Counted from the stretch's first letter, positions 1 through 9,635 are shown. The stretch: 32,275 nucleotides of DNA from a virus (IMGVR_UViG_3300044580_000035:1-32275); one strand, 5' to 3'. Notes: generated by a model from the letters alone, not told the origin. Numbers and translations are program-made.

Positions 1-68
1 CCAAATAGCCACCCGTCACGGTTTAATGCATTTCTTGCCTCATCAAACATCTGTATCGTATAGCCCAT
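1..68 (-). CDS. Partial 5' end of the next tail-region gene (MGYTIQMFDEARNALNRDGWAI...)
   Basis: ATG at 68-66 directly after the upstream stop, preceded by GGAGG; open to the window edge. Confidence 0.6.
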   Translation of the reverse strand, partial: MGYTIQMFDEARNALNRDGWLF

Positions 69-731
69 TTATTCCTCCTCTATCGTGGCGACCATCGTCC
101 CGACGTTCGCCTCAAGCGTCGCCTCCGGGAGCTGCTCCCACACATCTACTGTCGCCATTCCTGCCTGCAGTGTCCCGACGTTCGCCTCGAGCGTGATCTC
201 GGGGAGCTGTTCGTCCATAAATGATAATCCATATGTGCCATCAAGGTTAAGAGTAAATGCTGTTGGACATTTTTTAAATGCCCCAGGACTTACTACACGC
301 TTAAACCAAAGCCTTAAACTTTCATCAAGTTCAATATCTGGAATGCTTAGAGGTGAGCTTGATGGATATTCGGCAAATGATATACCGGATGGCGCTACAT
401 TCTCAGCAGTAGTTAATACGCCGTTCCATGTTGATACATGGGGATTTCCTGTTGACTCGATACCCATATATATCTTAACGGATGACGAATTAACATTCGG
501 ATTAAGATATAATGTCGCACTCGATATATTATAATCAGTGCTGGTATTGATTATATCAATGGCCCTGTAATCTGTACTGCCTATCTGAGCTTCATCCTGA
601 TTGACATTATCGAACAGATTATTAATGGATGTAGCCGTAACAACAACCGAACTCATCACCCCACCTAACGATAAGGCAGGTCCATTATTAGTTGAGCCGC
701 CTGTTAATCTTAATTCAACTGAGCCAGCCAT
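69..731 (-). CDS. Putative virion/tail-associated protein with a duplicated C-terminal motif
   Basis: 220-aa ORF coupled in the tail-tip operon; beta-rich, Ser/Gly/Asn-rich composition. Confidence 0.6.
   Translation of the reverse strand: MAGSVELRLTGGSTNNGPALSLGGVMSSVVVTATSINNLFDNVNQDEAQIGSTDYRAIDIINTSTDYNISSATLYLNPNVNSSSVKIYMGIESTGNPHVSTWNGVLTTAENVAPSGISFAEYPSSSPLSIPDIELDESLRLWFKRVVSPGAFKKCPTAFTLNLDGTYGLSFMDEQLPEITLEANVGTLQAGMATVDVWEQLPEATLEANVGTMVATIEEE
98..212. repeat. Imperfect direct repeat (two copies of about 40 bp, 75-bp period) encoding EQLPE[I/A]TLEANVGT twice
   Basis: tcccgacgttcgcctc(a/g)agcgt...gggagctg starts at 98 and again at 173. Confidence 0.85.
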
Positions 732-1012
732 TATTTTGCCTTTTCGCTTTTTATCTCTTTTATAATAGCATCCTGATCATTAAATTTATTTAATAATTCA
801 TTGTATAATAATTCTAATTCCTTAACCTTCATTCTTAATTTATCAATAGCAGTTAATTTTATGGCTGGATTAATAGTCTCGTTTTCTTCTGCAAATATTA
901 AATATTGCCCATCAATATGATTTCTAACCTCAATGATTTTATTATTTTTTAATGCTTGCTCGGCAATTATGCGTAACTTATCTTCAAGACTACTATATTT
1001 AATTTTAATCAT
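731..1012 (-). CDS. Hypothetical protein with C-terminal coiled coil (possible tail-fibre chaperone)
   Basis: 93-aa ORF, AGGAG SD, TAATG overlap with the next gene. Confidence 0.6.
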   Translation of the reverse strand: MIKIKYSSLEDKLRIIAEQALKNNKIIEVRNHIDGQYLIFAEENETINPAIKLTAIDKLRMKVKELELLYNELLNKFNDQDAIIKEIKSEKAK

Positions 1013-1021
1013 TTACAGCTC

Positions 1022-2032
1022 CTATGTGGACAGGTCAATAAATGGAACAGGGTATATATTTGACTTAACTGTCAATGCTCCTCCAGATGCCAGATTTGAT
1101 GTGGAATCCATATTATTGATATGTATATATAATTGCAATCTATCGCCTATCTTCCATCCGCTAATGTCCTCAGAAAAGGTTATACCGATCATACTGGTGG
1201 AAGTTTGTTCTGTACCAATGGCAGAGCCATTTCGATACAATTGGCCATATGCAATCTGATCTGTTGTGCCTAAAATAGCCCTAGCCAAAACAAAACCTAT
1301 CCTTAATGTTCCATTACAGGTGCATTCAAGGTCAATGACTTTATCATATGATGTTGATGTTGATGATCCGCCAGCAGCCGAGCCGATAGTATAAATCGTA
1401 GATGGTGCGGAATAAATAGGCATATACTGCATATAACTAACATCAAAATTATCGAAATATGCTATTCCTGTTGCGTCGGCATCATCCTTCCCGCCGATTA
1501 ATTGTATTTTAGCGTATTTTGCTCCAGCTGGCGCACTTGCCGACCACATTGAATATTCCATTGCCGTCGAATTAGCCGTGGATGAATATAGAGTCTCATC
1601 CGATATTGAAACATACGATGAATTATACCATTTTATTATGACTTCGCACTTAAGGGCTGGATTGTTAACCCAATGTACCCCACCGATAACCACGGAAGGC
1701 AAGGATGTTTCATTAACTGCAAAATAATCACTTGTTAAAGTTCCGCCGCCATTACCCGCACCACCCGGATGAATAAAGGATGCAGCTTTTGCACCATGAG
1801 CCGATACAGTCGAAGTCAATACAAATGATCCCCCTGGATATAATGAAACTGTCCAACTATCAGGAGTTCCATCTAAATCACTATCAATTTCAAATGATCC
1901 ATTTATTATTCCAACAGCAGATAGTGAATGACCATAAAGATAATCCAAGTCATCCTTAACATATGTCATTGTTTCATTGGTAAGGAATTTATCAGTTGCA
2001 ATAGCCGTTGTTTGTAATGATACAAAAGCCAT
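1022..2032 (-). CDS. Tail fibre/receptor-binding-like protein with a galactose-binding-like (CBM) domain
   Basis: IINGSFEIDSDLDGTPDSW ... AYFDNFDV pattern typical of CBM jelly-rolls in tail proteins; lies after the hub gene. Confidence 0.6.
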   Translation of the reverse strand: MAFVSLQTTAIATDKFLTNETMTYVKDDLDYLYGHSLSAVGIINGSFEIDSDLDGTPDSWTVSLYPGGSFVLTSTVSAHGAKAASFIHPGGAGNGGGTLTSDYFAVNETSLPSVVIGGVHWVNNPALKCEVIIKWYNSSYVSISDETLYSSTANSTAMEYSMWSASAPAGAKYAKIQLIGGKDDADATGIAYFDNFDVSYMQYMPIYSAPSTIYTIGSAAGGSSTSTSYDKVIDLECTCNGTLRIGFVLARAILGTTDQIAYGQLYRNGSAIGTEQTSTSMIGITFSEDISGWKIGDRLQLYIHINNMDSTSNLASGGALTVKSNIYPVPFIDLST

Positions 2033-2042
2033 AATTTACCCC

Positions 2043-3773
2043 TTAATAGATTCTATATCCTTCATCACCGTTTGCCATTCTACCCGTTGAATCAGATATA
2101 GCTCCGTATTCTCTTTCTGTTTCGGTTGCCGTTGAATATGTTTTAGATGAATATGAAGGTGGAGCAATAATGCATATTCGTCGGCTTGGCAATCTTTGGG
2201 CCTTTATTTCTATAAGATTATCTTTTCCGTAGGCTTTGCGGGTTATTTGCATCTTTACGTCACTGGCAATATTGCCATCAGTTCCGCAAATATGGCTTGT
2301 CGTAAATTTTCCGTAATCTCCTACCTTAACCGCATAGTCTTTCAATTCCAGTTTACAAGTGAATAATGCCATAGCATCACGCCTTCCACGTAAGTACCTG
2401 GCCGCTATATTGTTTATTGATTTAGCAATTTGTTCATCTGTTAAATAATCAGATCTTATCCATCTGCAATAAATTGATTCATCCAAAACATCATTATATT
2501 CATTTGCAGATTCAGCTTCGGCATCAACGGCAACCGCTCTTTTGCTATGACTTGATGCTTTGTTCAAATCATTTATCATGTCCCAATCCCAATAGATGAT
2601 AATACGCGTTTTTCTCATTTCGTCATTGCTGTTTATACTACCGGATTTATTAACTATATTATCGCTTTCCGTTATTGTATGATAAGTTCGAGATGGTAAA
2701 TTAGGAAGGTTGTGACATATGGTGATTTTCAATCCTTCATCAATCCACACCTTACAGTCAATGAGTTTTACTATTTCCCAAAATAAATCAGATAAATCTG
2801 TTGGTTCGCTTATTAATGCACTGAAATTAATTTCCGTTCCCGGGTCTGCTTTAGCCGATGCAAAAGCAGTTGTATCTATATAACCAACATCAATCGAAGC
2901 ATCTGTTTCGAGCATTTCTAATAATATATCAAAGGGATTATCAGGACTATAATACCTGCAAGGCTGCACCGATGTTTCAGTATCATAACTATCTGCAACT
3001 GTATTAAATCTAGCCCTTAATAAGCCTGTAGCTACATGACTGGTTGCATCCAGGGCGGCATAATAAATTATTTCATCCTTGATTCTTAAATATCCACCCC
3101 CGGCGCTTAATCCTGAGGCTGTTGAATTTGATAAAGTCATGGTATCGCTGGTATCGGTCATATCTGCAACGATTTCCAAATCAACCTTAGCAGGGACTTG
3201 TATATCATCCATATTTTTAAGCATATCAACCAGTTCAATTGTAACCAATCCATTTTGATAAGTAATTGACTTTATTTTACCTACATATCTTTCTTCCATT
3301 TCGTCTTCGGTCATACCATAGAATCCGCGATAAAGCTTTGCAAGTCTCCCATAATAATTGGGGTTACGGGCTAATAACATTCTCCAGTATGTGCCGTTTG
3401 GTGCGGATGCCCTGCTTGTAATGTAAGGGTCTGTCCCGACATCAGGCCACGGTTCGTCCAGAAGAGTTGCCTTAATGCGGCTATTGACTGTTATGGTGTC
3501 CTTAATCTCACAGGGCAGATAATCAGCTTCCTTTAAATATGGGAGTTCACCGGTCTTAAATGGTGTCGCATTTCTGCTCGATGTAAACTTGTAATCCTTT
3601 GTTGTCTTGCTGAAGTTAGCCCAATCCTTACAGGTTTTATAAGTATTGTAACAACATTCGCCTACCGCGGTACATGGCGCAACGCCGAAGGTATTAGCAC
3701 AGTAATCAAGAGTGAGAACCAATAGTTCAATCGGTTCCCTTGATATTTCTGCTGCTTCGGTTGCGTAGCTCAT
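2043..3773 (-). CDS. Tail-tip/baseplate hub protein
   Basis: 576-aa ORF, second gene after tape measure; Cys-rich N-terminus (YCANTFGVAPCTA..CCYNTYKTCKD). Confidence 0.65.
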   Translation of the reverse strand: MSYATEAAEISREPIELLVLTLDYCANTFGVAPCTAVGECCYNTYKTCKDWANFSKTTKDYKFTSSRNATPFKTGELPYLKEADYLPCEIKDTITVNSRIKATLLDEPWPDVGTDPYITSRASAPNGTYWRMLLARNPNYYGRLAKLYRGFYGMTEDEMEERYVGKIKSITYQNGLVTIELVDMLKNMDDIQVPAKVDLEIVADMTDTSDTMTLSNSTASGLSAGGGYLRIKDEIIYYAALDATSHVATGLLRARFNTVADSYDTETSVQPCRYYSPDNPFDILLEMLETDASIDVGYIDTTAFASAKADPGTEINFSALISEPTDLSDLFWEIVKLIDCKVWIDEGLKITICHNLPNLPSRTYHTITESDNIVNKSGSINSNDEMRKTRIIIYWDWDMINDLNKASSHSKRAVAVDAEAESANEYNDVLDESIYCRWIRSDYLTDEQIAKSINNIAARYLRGRRDAMALFTCKLELKDYAVKVGDYGKFTTSHICGTDGNIASDVKMQITRKAYGKDNLIEIKAQRLPSRRICIIAPPSYSSKTYSTATETEREYGAISDSTGRMANGDEGYRIY

Positions 3774-4576
3774 TCCTTGATGCCTTCCATTGTCAGCGTG
3801 AGTTCCTGTTTAATCTGGTCCATCGGCGCACTATGCGCCCTGCCTGGTTTCCATCTTACATAATCTATTTCGTCAGGATGGTTCTCGATGTCCCATGCCC
3901 AGAAGAAGGGGTAATAATATTTGATGTATGTATCCCAAACATTCTTAAAGGTGTACCTATACCACCCTGTTGTAATGTATGAGAATCTGGCCTGTATCGT
4001 CTTGCCAACGTAAGAGGTCAGGACACCAAGCAAATTGCCTGACTCACTCTCTGCTATGGTTGCGTTTGATGTTTCGTTGTAGGCATCATAAGGAGCATCC
4101 ATCCATCGTTCCATTTCAAGGTACTCACCTAGAAACAATACGCCCATGTAGGGGATGACTGACGTTGTTATGATATATATTCTCCAATACCTTGCACTTG
4201 CCGAAGTAAATATTTTCATAACAGGCGCATCAGAGGGAGCCTTGAAATTGACCTGTCTTGTTGTCCAGTTTGCGTTGTCAGTCGATGACTGCACGCCGAT
4301 GATTGCATCCGCGGTATGCAGGTTATGCCCTGCTATTGCCACGGCATTGACCGTCTGTGCAGTCGTGCAATCTATGGTTATATATTTAGTTCCAGCGCTT
4401 GCCGCCTTCCAAAGGGTATAAGTCCGCTTATCCTTAATATTTAAAATGCTATACCCTGAATATGTATCGGTAGCCGTGGGGGTTCCTAGATCAAATACAT
4501 TATCATAGAATATAATCGGTTTAGCGTTCTGAGGCGCTAAGTTCCAGCTAAATTCCTGAGTCAGTAAAGATGCCAT
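3770..4576 (-). CDS. Distal tail protein-like with a discoidin/F5/8-type-C-like insertion
   Basis: Directly after tape measure; motifs 'KYITIDC..AVAIAGHNL..VQSSTDNANWT..ARYWRIYI'. Confidence 0.65.
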   Translation of the reverse strand: MASLLTQEFSWNLAPQNAKPIIFYDNVFDLGTPTATDTYSGYSILNIKDKRTYTLWKAASAGTKYITIDCTTAQTVNAVAIAGHNLHTADAIIGVQSSTDNANWTTRQVNFKAPSDAPVMKIFTSASARYWRIYIITTSVIPYMGVLFLGEYLEMERWMDAPYDAYNETSNATIAESESGNLLGVLTSYVGKTIQARFSYITTGWYRYTFKNVWDTYIKYYYPFFWAWDIENHPDEIDYVRWKPGRAHSAPMDQIKQELTLTMEGIKE

Positions 4577-7182
4577 TATACTCTATCCTCTTCGGCCTTT
4601 CTCAAAGCATACATCAATTCTCTAGCAAATTTATCATGGTCGATTATATTGCCTTCAACTGTTATATTATAAGTTACCGATCTGGATGCTTCCGTTTGTG
4701 TAGCTGTTTCATTTGTGGTCGTCGGTGACACAACCGAGGCGGTCCCGCTGGGTGTTGTAATAGATGCAGTTGTTCCGGGACTTGTATTCATGATGGTTGC
4801 CAGTTGCGCTGCTCCAGTTAAGGCCAATGCTCCACTTGCCGCCCATTTTGCCCAATAGCCAAGTTCAGGGGATGCCCATACCTGCATAATACCGGCTGCT
4901 GTTGATACAACAGTTGTTGCAGCCATTAAAGCTTTATATGCTGCAAATGCAGCTTCGTTTTGCTGGCCGCTGGCATCATAGAAAGCCCTGGCTAAATTTG
5001 CCATCGAATTGAAACCCATTGCAGTAATATTAACCTTCTGCAATGTTATTGATTTTTCCATTGCGGCTATATTTTTAGCGGATAGTGTATTTATAGCCAA
5101 CCTTTGAGCTTGAGCGTCCTCATCATATCCAATGATGTCATCCAAAGCCTGTTTATATATTGACTTTTGCTCATCTAGGTTAGCCTGTAATGAGTCTAAA
5201 TCACTCATTGCCCCCATAAGACCCGAAACATCTCCACCAATAATAGGAATATTTGATATTGCCGTATTTGCAATATTCTGCATCAGGGATTGGGCTTGTT
5301 CATTTAGGGATATATACTTGCTGAGAATATCGTTAAGCTTGCTGTCTTGAACGTCTAGGACATCGGTGATATAAGACTGCTCAAGGGTGTATAACTGCTC
5401 ATCGAGTAATGCAATATCGTTTTTAACCTTTAAGATTTCATCATGTGAACCTTTTATCTGTTCAAGTGCCGGTATCTGAGCCTCAAGGTTTGCCCTGTTT
5501 GTTTCCAGCAATGCCTTTTCTAAGTCGTATGTTTCATTAATAGACTTGAGCCGCTCAGTTCTGACAGCATCATTGTAAGCATTTTCAAGCTCAAGCATTG
5601 CCTGTATCTGTGATGCCTTGCTCTGTAAGCTATCATTTAAGAAGACCGATTCAAGCTGGAAGGTTCTGTTGAATTGATTTGTTTTGCTATCTTCTGTTAC
5701 TTTAATAATACTTTCTTCTCTCTTAGATGCCTCATCCATGAGCTTCAACTTGTTATCGTTAAAGGTCTTCATGTCTGATAGCTGAATCTTATATTTCTCC
5801 TGATTGTATTCTATATCAAAGGATTGTTTCTTGGTCTTCATCTGCTCATCAAGCAGAGCAATATCACCCTTGACCTTGAGTATATCCTGATTGCTTGCCT
5901 TGAGTTTTACAAGGCTTGCGACTTCGGATTCAAGCGCTGCCCTCTTATTAAGCATCTGCTGTTTTTCTATTTCATAAGTCTTGCTCATTGATATGAGCTT
6001 GTCGCTCTCTGTTGCCTTGACAAGTGCTATCTCTCGGTTGCTTATCTCTTCGGCAATCTTTATTTTGCTGTCATTCATTGTCTTGAATGATGCTAATGCC
6101 TTTCTATTTACATCTGCCATTAAAGCAATATCTTCATTAGCGGCAACTTTGCCCATACTAGATACAGGCTTACCAGATGCCGCCGAACCACCTTGCATCA
6201 ATTCCCAATAACGGTCAGCAAGTTCAAGGTTTTTCTTTGTCTTACCGAATAATATATCAGCTTGCTCTGATGCTAACTTTGCATTTGATACAGCTCGGTC
6301 ATAGTCTTCATTGCGTGCCGGTAATCCTTCAAGACCAATGGCAACAAGTCTATTTTTGGCTTCAACTACTTTGAATATGGCACCTGCCATAAGCTCGAAA
6401 GTGGCAATAGCCGTAGCTCCACCGGCAACAAGACCTTGCCCGATAGATAGTTTAAGGTCATCAATATCAGCCTTGAACGCCGCCATCTTGTCAGCGGTAC
6501 TCTCTGCCGCATCCCCTAATTCTTTTTGCAGACTTGTTGCTTTAGCAATAGTCAGGTTATACATATCCCCTGACTTCATGGCATCTTTTATAGTCTTACC
6601 AGTTTCATCGTGTGCTATTTTAAGTTTTGCGGTTTCACCCAAATATGGAAGGATTGCTTTTGTCCTACCTGTGATTATAGCCTCGCTTAGTTTAGCAAAT
6701 GCCTGAGTCGCAGTTTCTCCGACTGTATCACCAAGCACCTCTGAGGCATTGGCAAGTGCAATTATCTTATCGGGTGATAGACCTTTTGCAAGACCTGACA
6801 GGGCAATATTCATTGCCTCAATCTTATTGACCTGACCGCTTGTGGCGGTCTGTATTGATTCAACTATTGATTGTGCTGTCGTGTCGTACTTGGAGGCAAG
6901 ACCGTCAAGCATGTCACTCTGTTCCTGATAGCCTGCGGCTGAGTTGGCTAATTGCCATCCCTTCTGAATAACTGCCATTGAAGTATAAATAGCCGCCGCA
7001 CCTGCAATCCAAGCAGTCCTTATACCGGCAATCGAACCTTCAAAACTGCTTTGCATCTTAGCAGATGTTTTAGACATCTGCTTTTCCATGCTCGCAACGC
7101 GGCTGTTTGCCTCTTCGATGCCTGTACGCAGAGAAGCTATATTAGCAGCTATTTCAACGGTCAATGAACCAACAGATGCCAT
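4576..7182 (-). CDS. Tail tape measure protein
   Basis: 868 aa, helical Ala/Leu/Lys-rich; N-terminus MASVGSLTVEIAAN typical; follows the tail chaperone. Confidence 0.92.
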   Translation of the reverse strand: MASVGSLTVEIAANIASLRTGIEEANSRVASMEKQMSKTSAKMQSSFEGSIAGIRTAWIAGAAAIYTSMAVIQKGWQLANSAAGYQEQSDMLDGLASKYDTTAQSIVESIQTATSGQVNKIEAMNIALSGLAKGLSPDKIIALANASEVLGDTVGETATQAFAKLSEAIITGRTKAILPYLGETAKLKIAHDETGKTIKDAMKSGDMYNLTIAKATSLQKELGDAAESTADKMAAFKADIDDLKLSIGQGLVAGGATAIATFELMAGAIFKVVEAKNRLVAIGLEGLPARNEDYDRAVSNAKLASEQADILFGKTKKNLELADRYWELMQGGSAASGKPVSSMGKVAANEDIALMADVNRKALASFKTMNDSKIKIAEEISNREIALVKATESDKLISMSKTYEIEKQQMLNKRAALESEVASLVKLKASNQDILKVKGDIALLDEQMKTKKQSFDIEYNQEKYKIQLSDMKTFNDNKLKLMDEASKREESIIKVTEDSKTNQFNRTFQLESVFLNDSLQSKASQIQAMLELENAYNDAVRTERLKSINETYDLEKALLETNRANLEAQIPALEQIKGSHDEILKVKNDIALLDEQLYTLEQSYITDVLDVQDSKLNDILSKYISLNEQAQSLMQNIANTAISNIPIIGGDVSGLMGAMSDLDSLQANLDEQKSIYKQALDDIIGYDEDAQAQRLAINTLSAKNIAAMEKSITLQKVNITAMGFNSMANLARAFYDASGQQNEAAFAAYKALMAATTVVSTAAGIMQVWASPELGYWAKWAASGALALTGAAQLATIMNTSPGTTASITTPSGTASVVSPTTTNETATQTEASRSVTYNITVEGNIIDHDKFARELMYALRKAEEDRV

Positions 7183-7185
7183 CTA

Positions 7186-7392
7186 TCACCCTATATGACC
7201 AAAGGTCTTCTTGAGTTTGTCTGCAACATTCTCTTCAGGCTTATTTTCTTTATCGTCATTGATAAGAGTAATGTATGCCGCCCATTCTGTGAGTTCTCTT
7301 GAATCCATAGAGTTAAGCAGCATACGCACCGACATTCCTAATTCTCTTGCGAGCCAGAAGCGGAATCTTCGTTCTGGCCGCTCTCTGAGTTT
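7186..7392 (-). CDS. gpT-like -1 frameshift extension of the tail assembly chaperone (not in the ORF track)
   Basis: -1 frame after A AAA AAC (7395-7389) reads KLRERPERRFRFWLARELGMSVRMLLNSMDSRELTEWAAY...HIG*, ending 3 nt before the tape measure ATG. Confidence 0.85.
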   Translation of the reverse strand, partial: KLRERPERRFRFWLARELGMSVRMLLNSMDSRELTEWAAYITLINDDKENKPEENVADKLKKTFGHIG

Positions 7393-7730
7393 TTTATCAT
7401 GTCCTCTTTGTCGGTTACACCCATTCCGTTAAGTTTCTGTGCTTTGATAAACAGCATATCCAAGACCGCTGCCGACTTAGTACCGAGAGCCTCTATCTCC
7501 GCATCCTTAAACAGGCGCTTGCCTTTCTCGTCAACTATGCAACGTGCAAGTAGTTTAGCTCTAATGTTCTGAAAGTCACTTTTGCCCTGCTTAAATATAC
7601 TGGACTCATAGGCATCACGTTCTGAGCCGGTCAGCGTTCTTAGTCTTATCGTTCCACCCCAAGCCGGTACATCAACATCCTCATGTATAAGGTCATTGAT
7701 TCCGAGTATAGCCTCTTTTCCTAATATCAT
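7338..7730 (-). CDS. Tail assembly chaperone (gpG-like)
   Basis: 'VDVPAWGGTIRLRTLTGSERDAYE..RAKLLARCIVDEKGKRLF' typical; between tail tube and tape measure; slippery site at IKN. Confidence 0.9.
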   Translation of the reverse strand: MILGKEAILGINDLIHEDVDVPAWGGTIRLRTLTGSERDAYESSIFKQGKSDFQNIRAKLLARCIVDEKGKRLFKDAEIEALGTKSAAVLDMLFIKAQKLNGMGVTDKEDMIKNSESGQNEDSASGSQEN

Positions 7731-7752
7731 ATTTATCCCCTTTAGTTATTTA

Positions 7753-8193
7753 TTACGGCGCTGCTGTTGACCAGGCCACGCCGCCTGTTATCTCAATGGT
7801 AATGCTCGATTTAACAACATCATCTACTCCGCCCGAAACACTGAATCCGGTACAATATCCTTCGCCCTTAAGCCTAGTCTTGGCGGCATCTGTTGAGTTG
7901 TCGTTAAGTTTAAGTATCCATGCTTTAAGCGTCCGGTTCGCCCTGTCTGTTCTGAGTTTCATCTGTGCGGCATCAACGGTATTGAGGTTGCATTCAAGTG
8001 TAATTTGTCCTTCATCCCTCAAACCAATCAGCTTTTCCTTGGCGGTTGATGCCATACTTGTTATATCAATGATGCCAGCCGAACCAGAGGGGCCACTGAA
8101 AGACTTGACTTCGCCGATAAGGTTTGTGCTGGCCGTGCTAAGGCTTGTAGTATCACCCCAGAATAACTGTGTTCCTTGAGCTTCAAATGCCAT
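7753..8193 (-). CDS. Tail tube (major tail) protein, paralogue 2
   Basis: 'IGEVKSFSGPSGSA..IDIT...TAKEKLIGLRDEGQITLECN..GGVDDVVKSSITIEITG' tail-tube motifs. Confidence 0.88.
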   Translation of the reverse strand: MAFEAQGTQLFWGDTTSLSTASTNLIGEVKSFSGPSGSAGIIDITSMASTAKEKLIGLRDEGQITLECNLNTVDAAQMKLRTDRANRTLKAWILKLNDNSTDAAKTRLKGEGYCTGFSVSGGVDDVVKSSITIEITGGVAWSTAAP

Positions 8194-8205
8194 GACTATA
8201 TCTCC

Positions 8206-8631
8206 TTATGCCGTTGTCCAGCTTACAGCGCCGTCAATTTCAACGGTAATGCTGGCCTTGACGACATCATCAACACCGCCACTTACGGAAAATCCGGTGC
8301 AGTATCCAACACCGTTTAGCCGTGTCGGGCTTGTGGTTGAGTCTGCCAGTATAATTGACCATGCCCTCTGTGCGCGTGATGCCCTGTCTGCTCTCATCAT
8401 CTGCTGGCCTGATACTGCCGAGGTAAGCAGGTTGCACTCAAAGGTTATCTGTCCCTCATCACGCAATCCGATAAGTTTCTCTTTTGCCGTACTTCCGAGA
8501 TGAGTTATGTCAATAACCGCTGCCGAACCTGACGGGCCCGAGAATGATTTAACCTCACCGATGGCATTATTTGTGGTCGGTGTGGTACTGGATGACCAAT
8601 AGAATATTGTTCCCTGGGCTTGTATCGCCAT
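8206..8631 (-). CDS. Tail tube (major tail) protein, paralogue 1
   Basis: Same motifs as 7753-8193; follows the tail completion gene. Confidence 0.88.
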   Translation of the reverse strand: MAIQAQGTIFYWSSSTTPTTNNAIGEVKSFSGPSGSAAVIDITHLGSTAKEKLIGLRDEGQITFECNLLTSAVSGQQMMRADRASRAQRAWSIILADSTTSPTRLNGVGYCTGFSVSGGVDDVVKASITVEIDGAVSWTTA

Positions 8632-8649
8632 TGCTTGTTCCTCCTGTGT

Positions 8650-9018
8650 TTATGTGCTTTTGAACCAACATGAGAAATCCATGCTCACGCGGTATATTTC
8701 TGTGTCTGCTTCGTATAAATCCTGGTCTGACATTTGCAGTGCGTTAAAGGTTGTTGCGGCGGCAATGGTCTTACGTAGTTTATCGCCCAATGCCTTGACC
8801 GATGAATAACTTGTAGCCCAACAGTCGAACTGGATATGAGGATTGTCCAGACTCGCGAAACCGCCTATCGTATTGACAGGGCTATTGCTTATCCTCTGAT
8901 ATGTGATGGCCGGTAATGTCGGGTCTTGAGGCATCATAATCGGATATATCCGGTCACTGACTAACGCCGTCAGTCCAGTTGATGTTGATAAGTGGGAATA
9001 TAAGGCTTCTTCTATCAT
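8650..9018 (-). CDS. Tail completion/terminator protein (DUF3168-like)
   Basis: 'LVSDRIYPIMMPQDPTLPAITYQRIS..IQFDCWA..YRVSMDF'. Confidence 0.85.
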   Translation of the reverse strand: MIEEALYSHLSTSTGLTALVSDRIYPIMMPQDPTLPAITYQRISNSPVNTIGGFASLDNPHIQFDCWATSYSSVKALGDKLRKTIAAATTFNALQMSDQDLYEADTEIYRVSMDFSCWFKST

Positions 9019-9635
9019 GCCTTACCTGCCCTATTGACAAACTTGATAAGGTATTCCCTGAATTTATCGATTACCTTTTCCGAGTTATTATATAATGCCG
9101 GTCTGAAATATGGTTGAGCCGGAACATGCGTTCTTTTCTTTTTGCCGTAATGCGTGAATCCGAACTCCAACCATCTGCCGTAATAGGCAAATTTAGTCAG
9201 TTCGACATTGCGAGATATAATATCTTTGCCATCCGGTGTTATTTGCTTTTTAATTATAATAGATTTAGCCAGAGTTCCTGGTTTGCGTATCTTGTTCCAC
9301 ATCTGCCGCCCTGTTGCTCCAAGTGTTTGCCTTACAGAGGCTTTAATGGCTTTTATCTGTTTTTTACTTAGTGGCCCATTCTTCTGCATTTCAGTGCTTA
9401 ATCTGTTGGATTCGCTGAATGCTGCATCAATCAGGGCTTTATTACCTGCAACGGTACTTGTCCTTGACAATGGGTATGGACCAATATGCACCGGTGCTTT
9501 TAATTTAGCTTCATCCCTGACTATCTTGCTTCCCTGATATAAAGCCTGTGATATGGTTTTATTCATAAGATTGTCGGGCATAACCCGTAATGCATCCGAC
9601 AACTCTTTAAATCCATGTGTTTGAATCTGAAACAT
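9015..9635 (-). CDS. HK97 gp10-family neck protein
   Basis: 'GFKELSDAL..IVRDEAKLKAPV..GTLAKSI..YYGRWLEFG..PAQPYFRPA'. Confidence 0.85.
   Translation of the reverse strand: MFQIQTHGFKELSDALRVMPDNLMNKTISQALYQGSKIVRDEAKLKAPVHIGPYPLSRTSTVAGNKALIDAAFSESNRLSTEMQKNGPLSKKQIKAIKASVRQTLGATGRQMWNKIRKPGTLAKSIIIKKQITPDGKDIISRNVELTKFAYYGRWLEFGFTHYGKKKRTHVPAQPYFRPALYNNSEKVIDKFREYLIKFVNRAGKA

Noticed and set aside
98-212. Diversity-generating retroelement TR/VR pair
   Set aside because: Mismatches are not adenine-specific, both copies are in frame in one gene, and no reverse transcriptase is in the window
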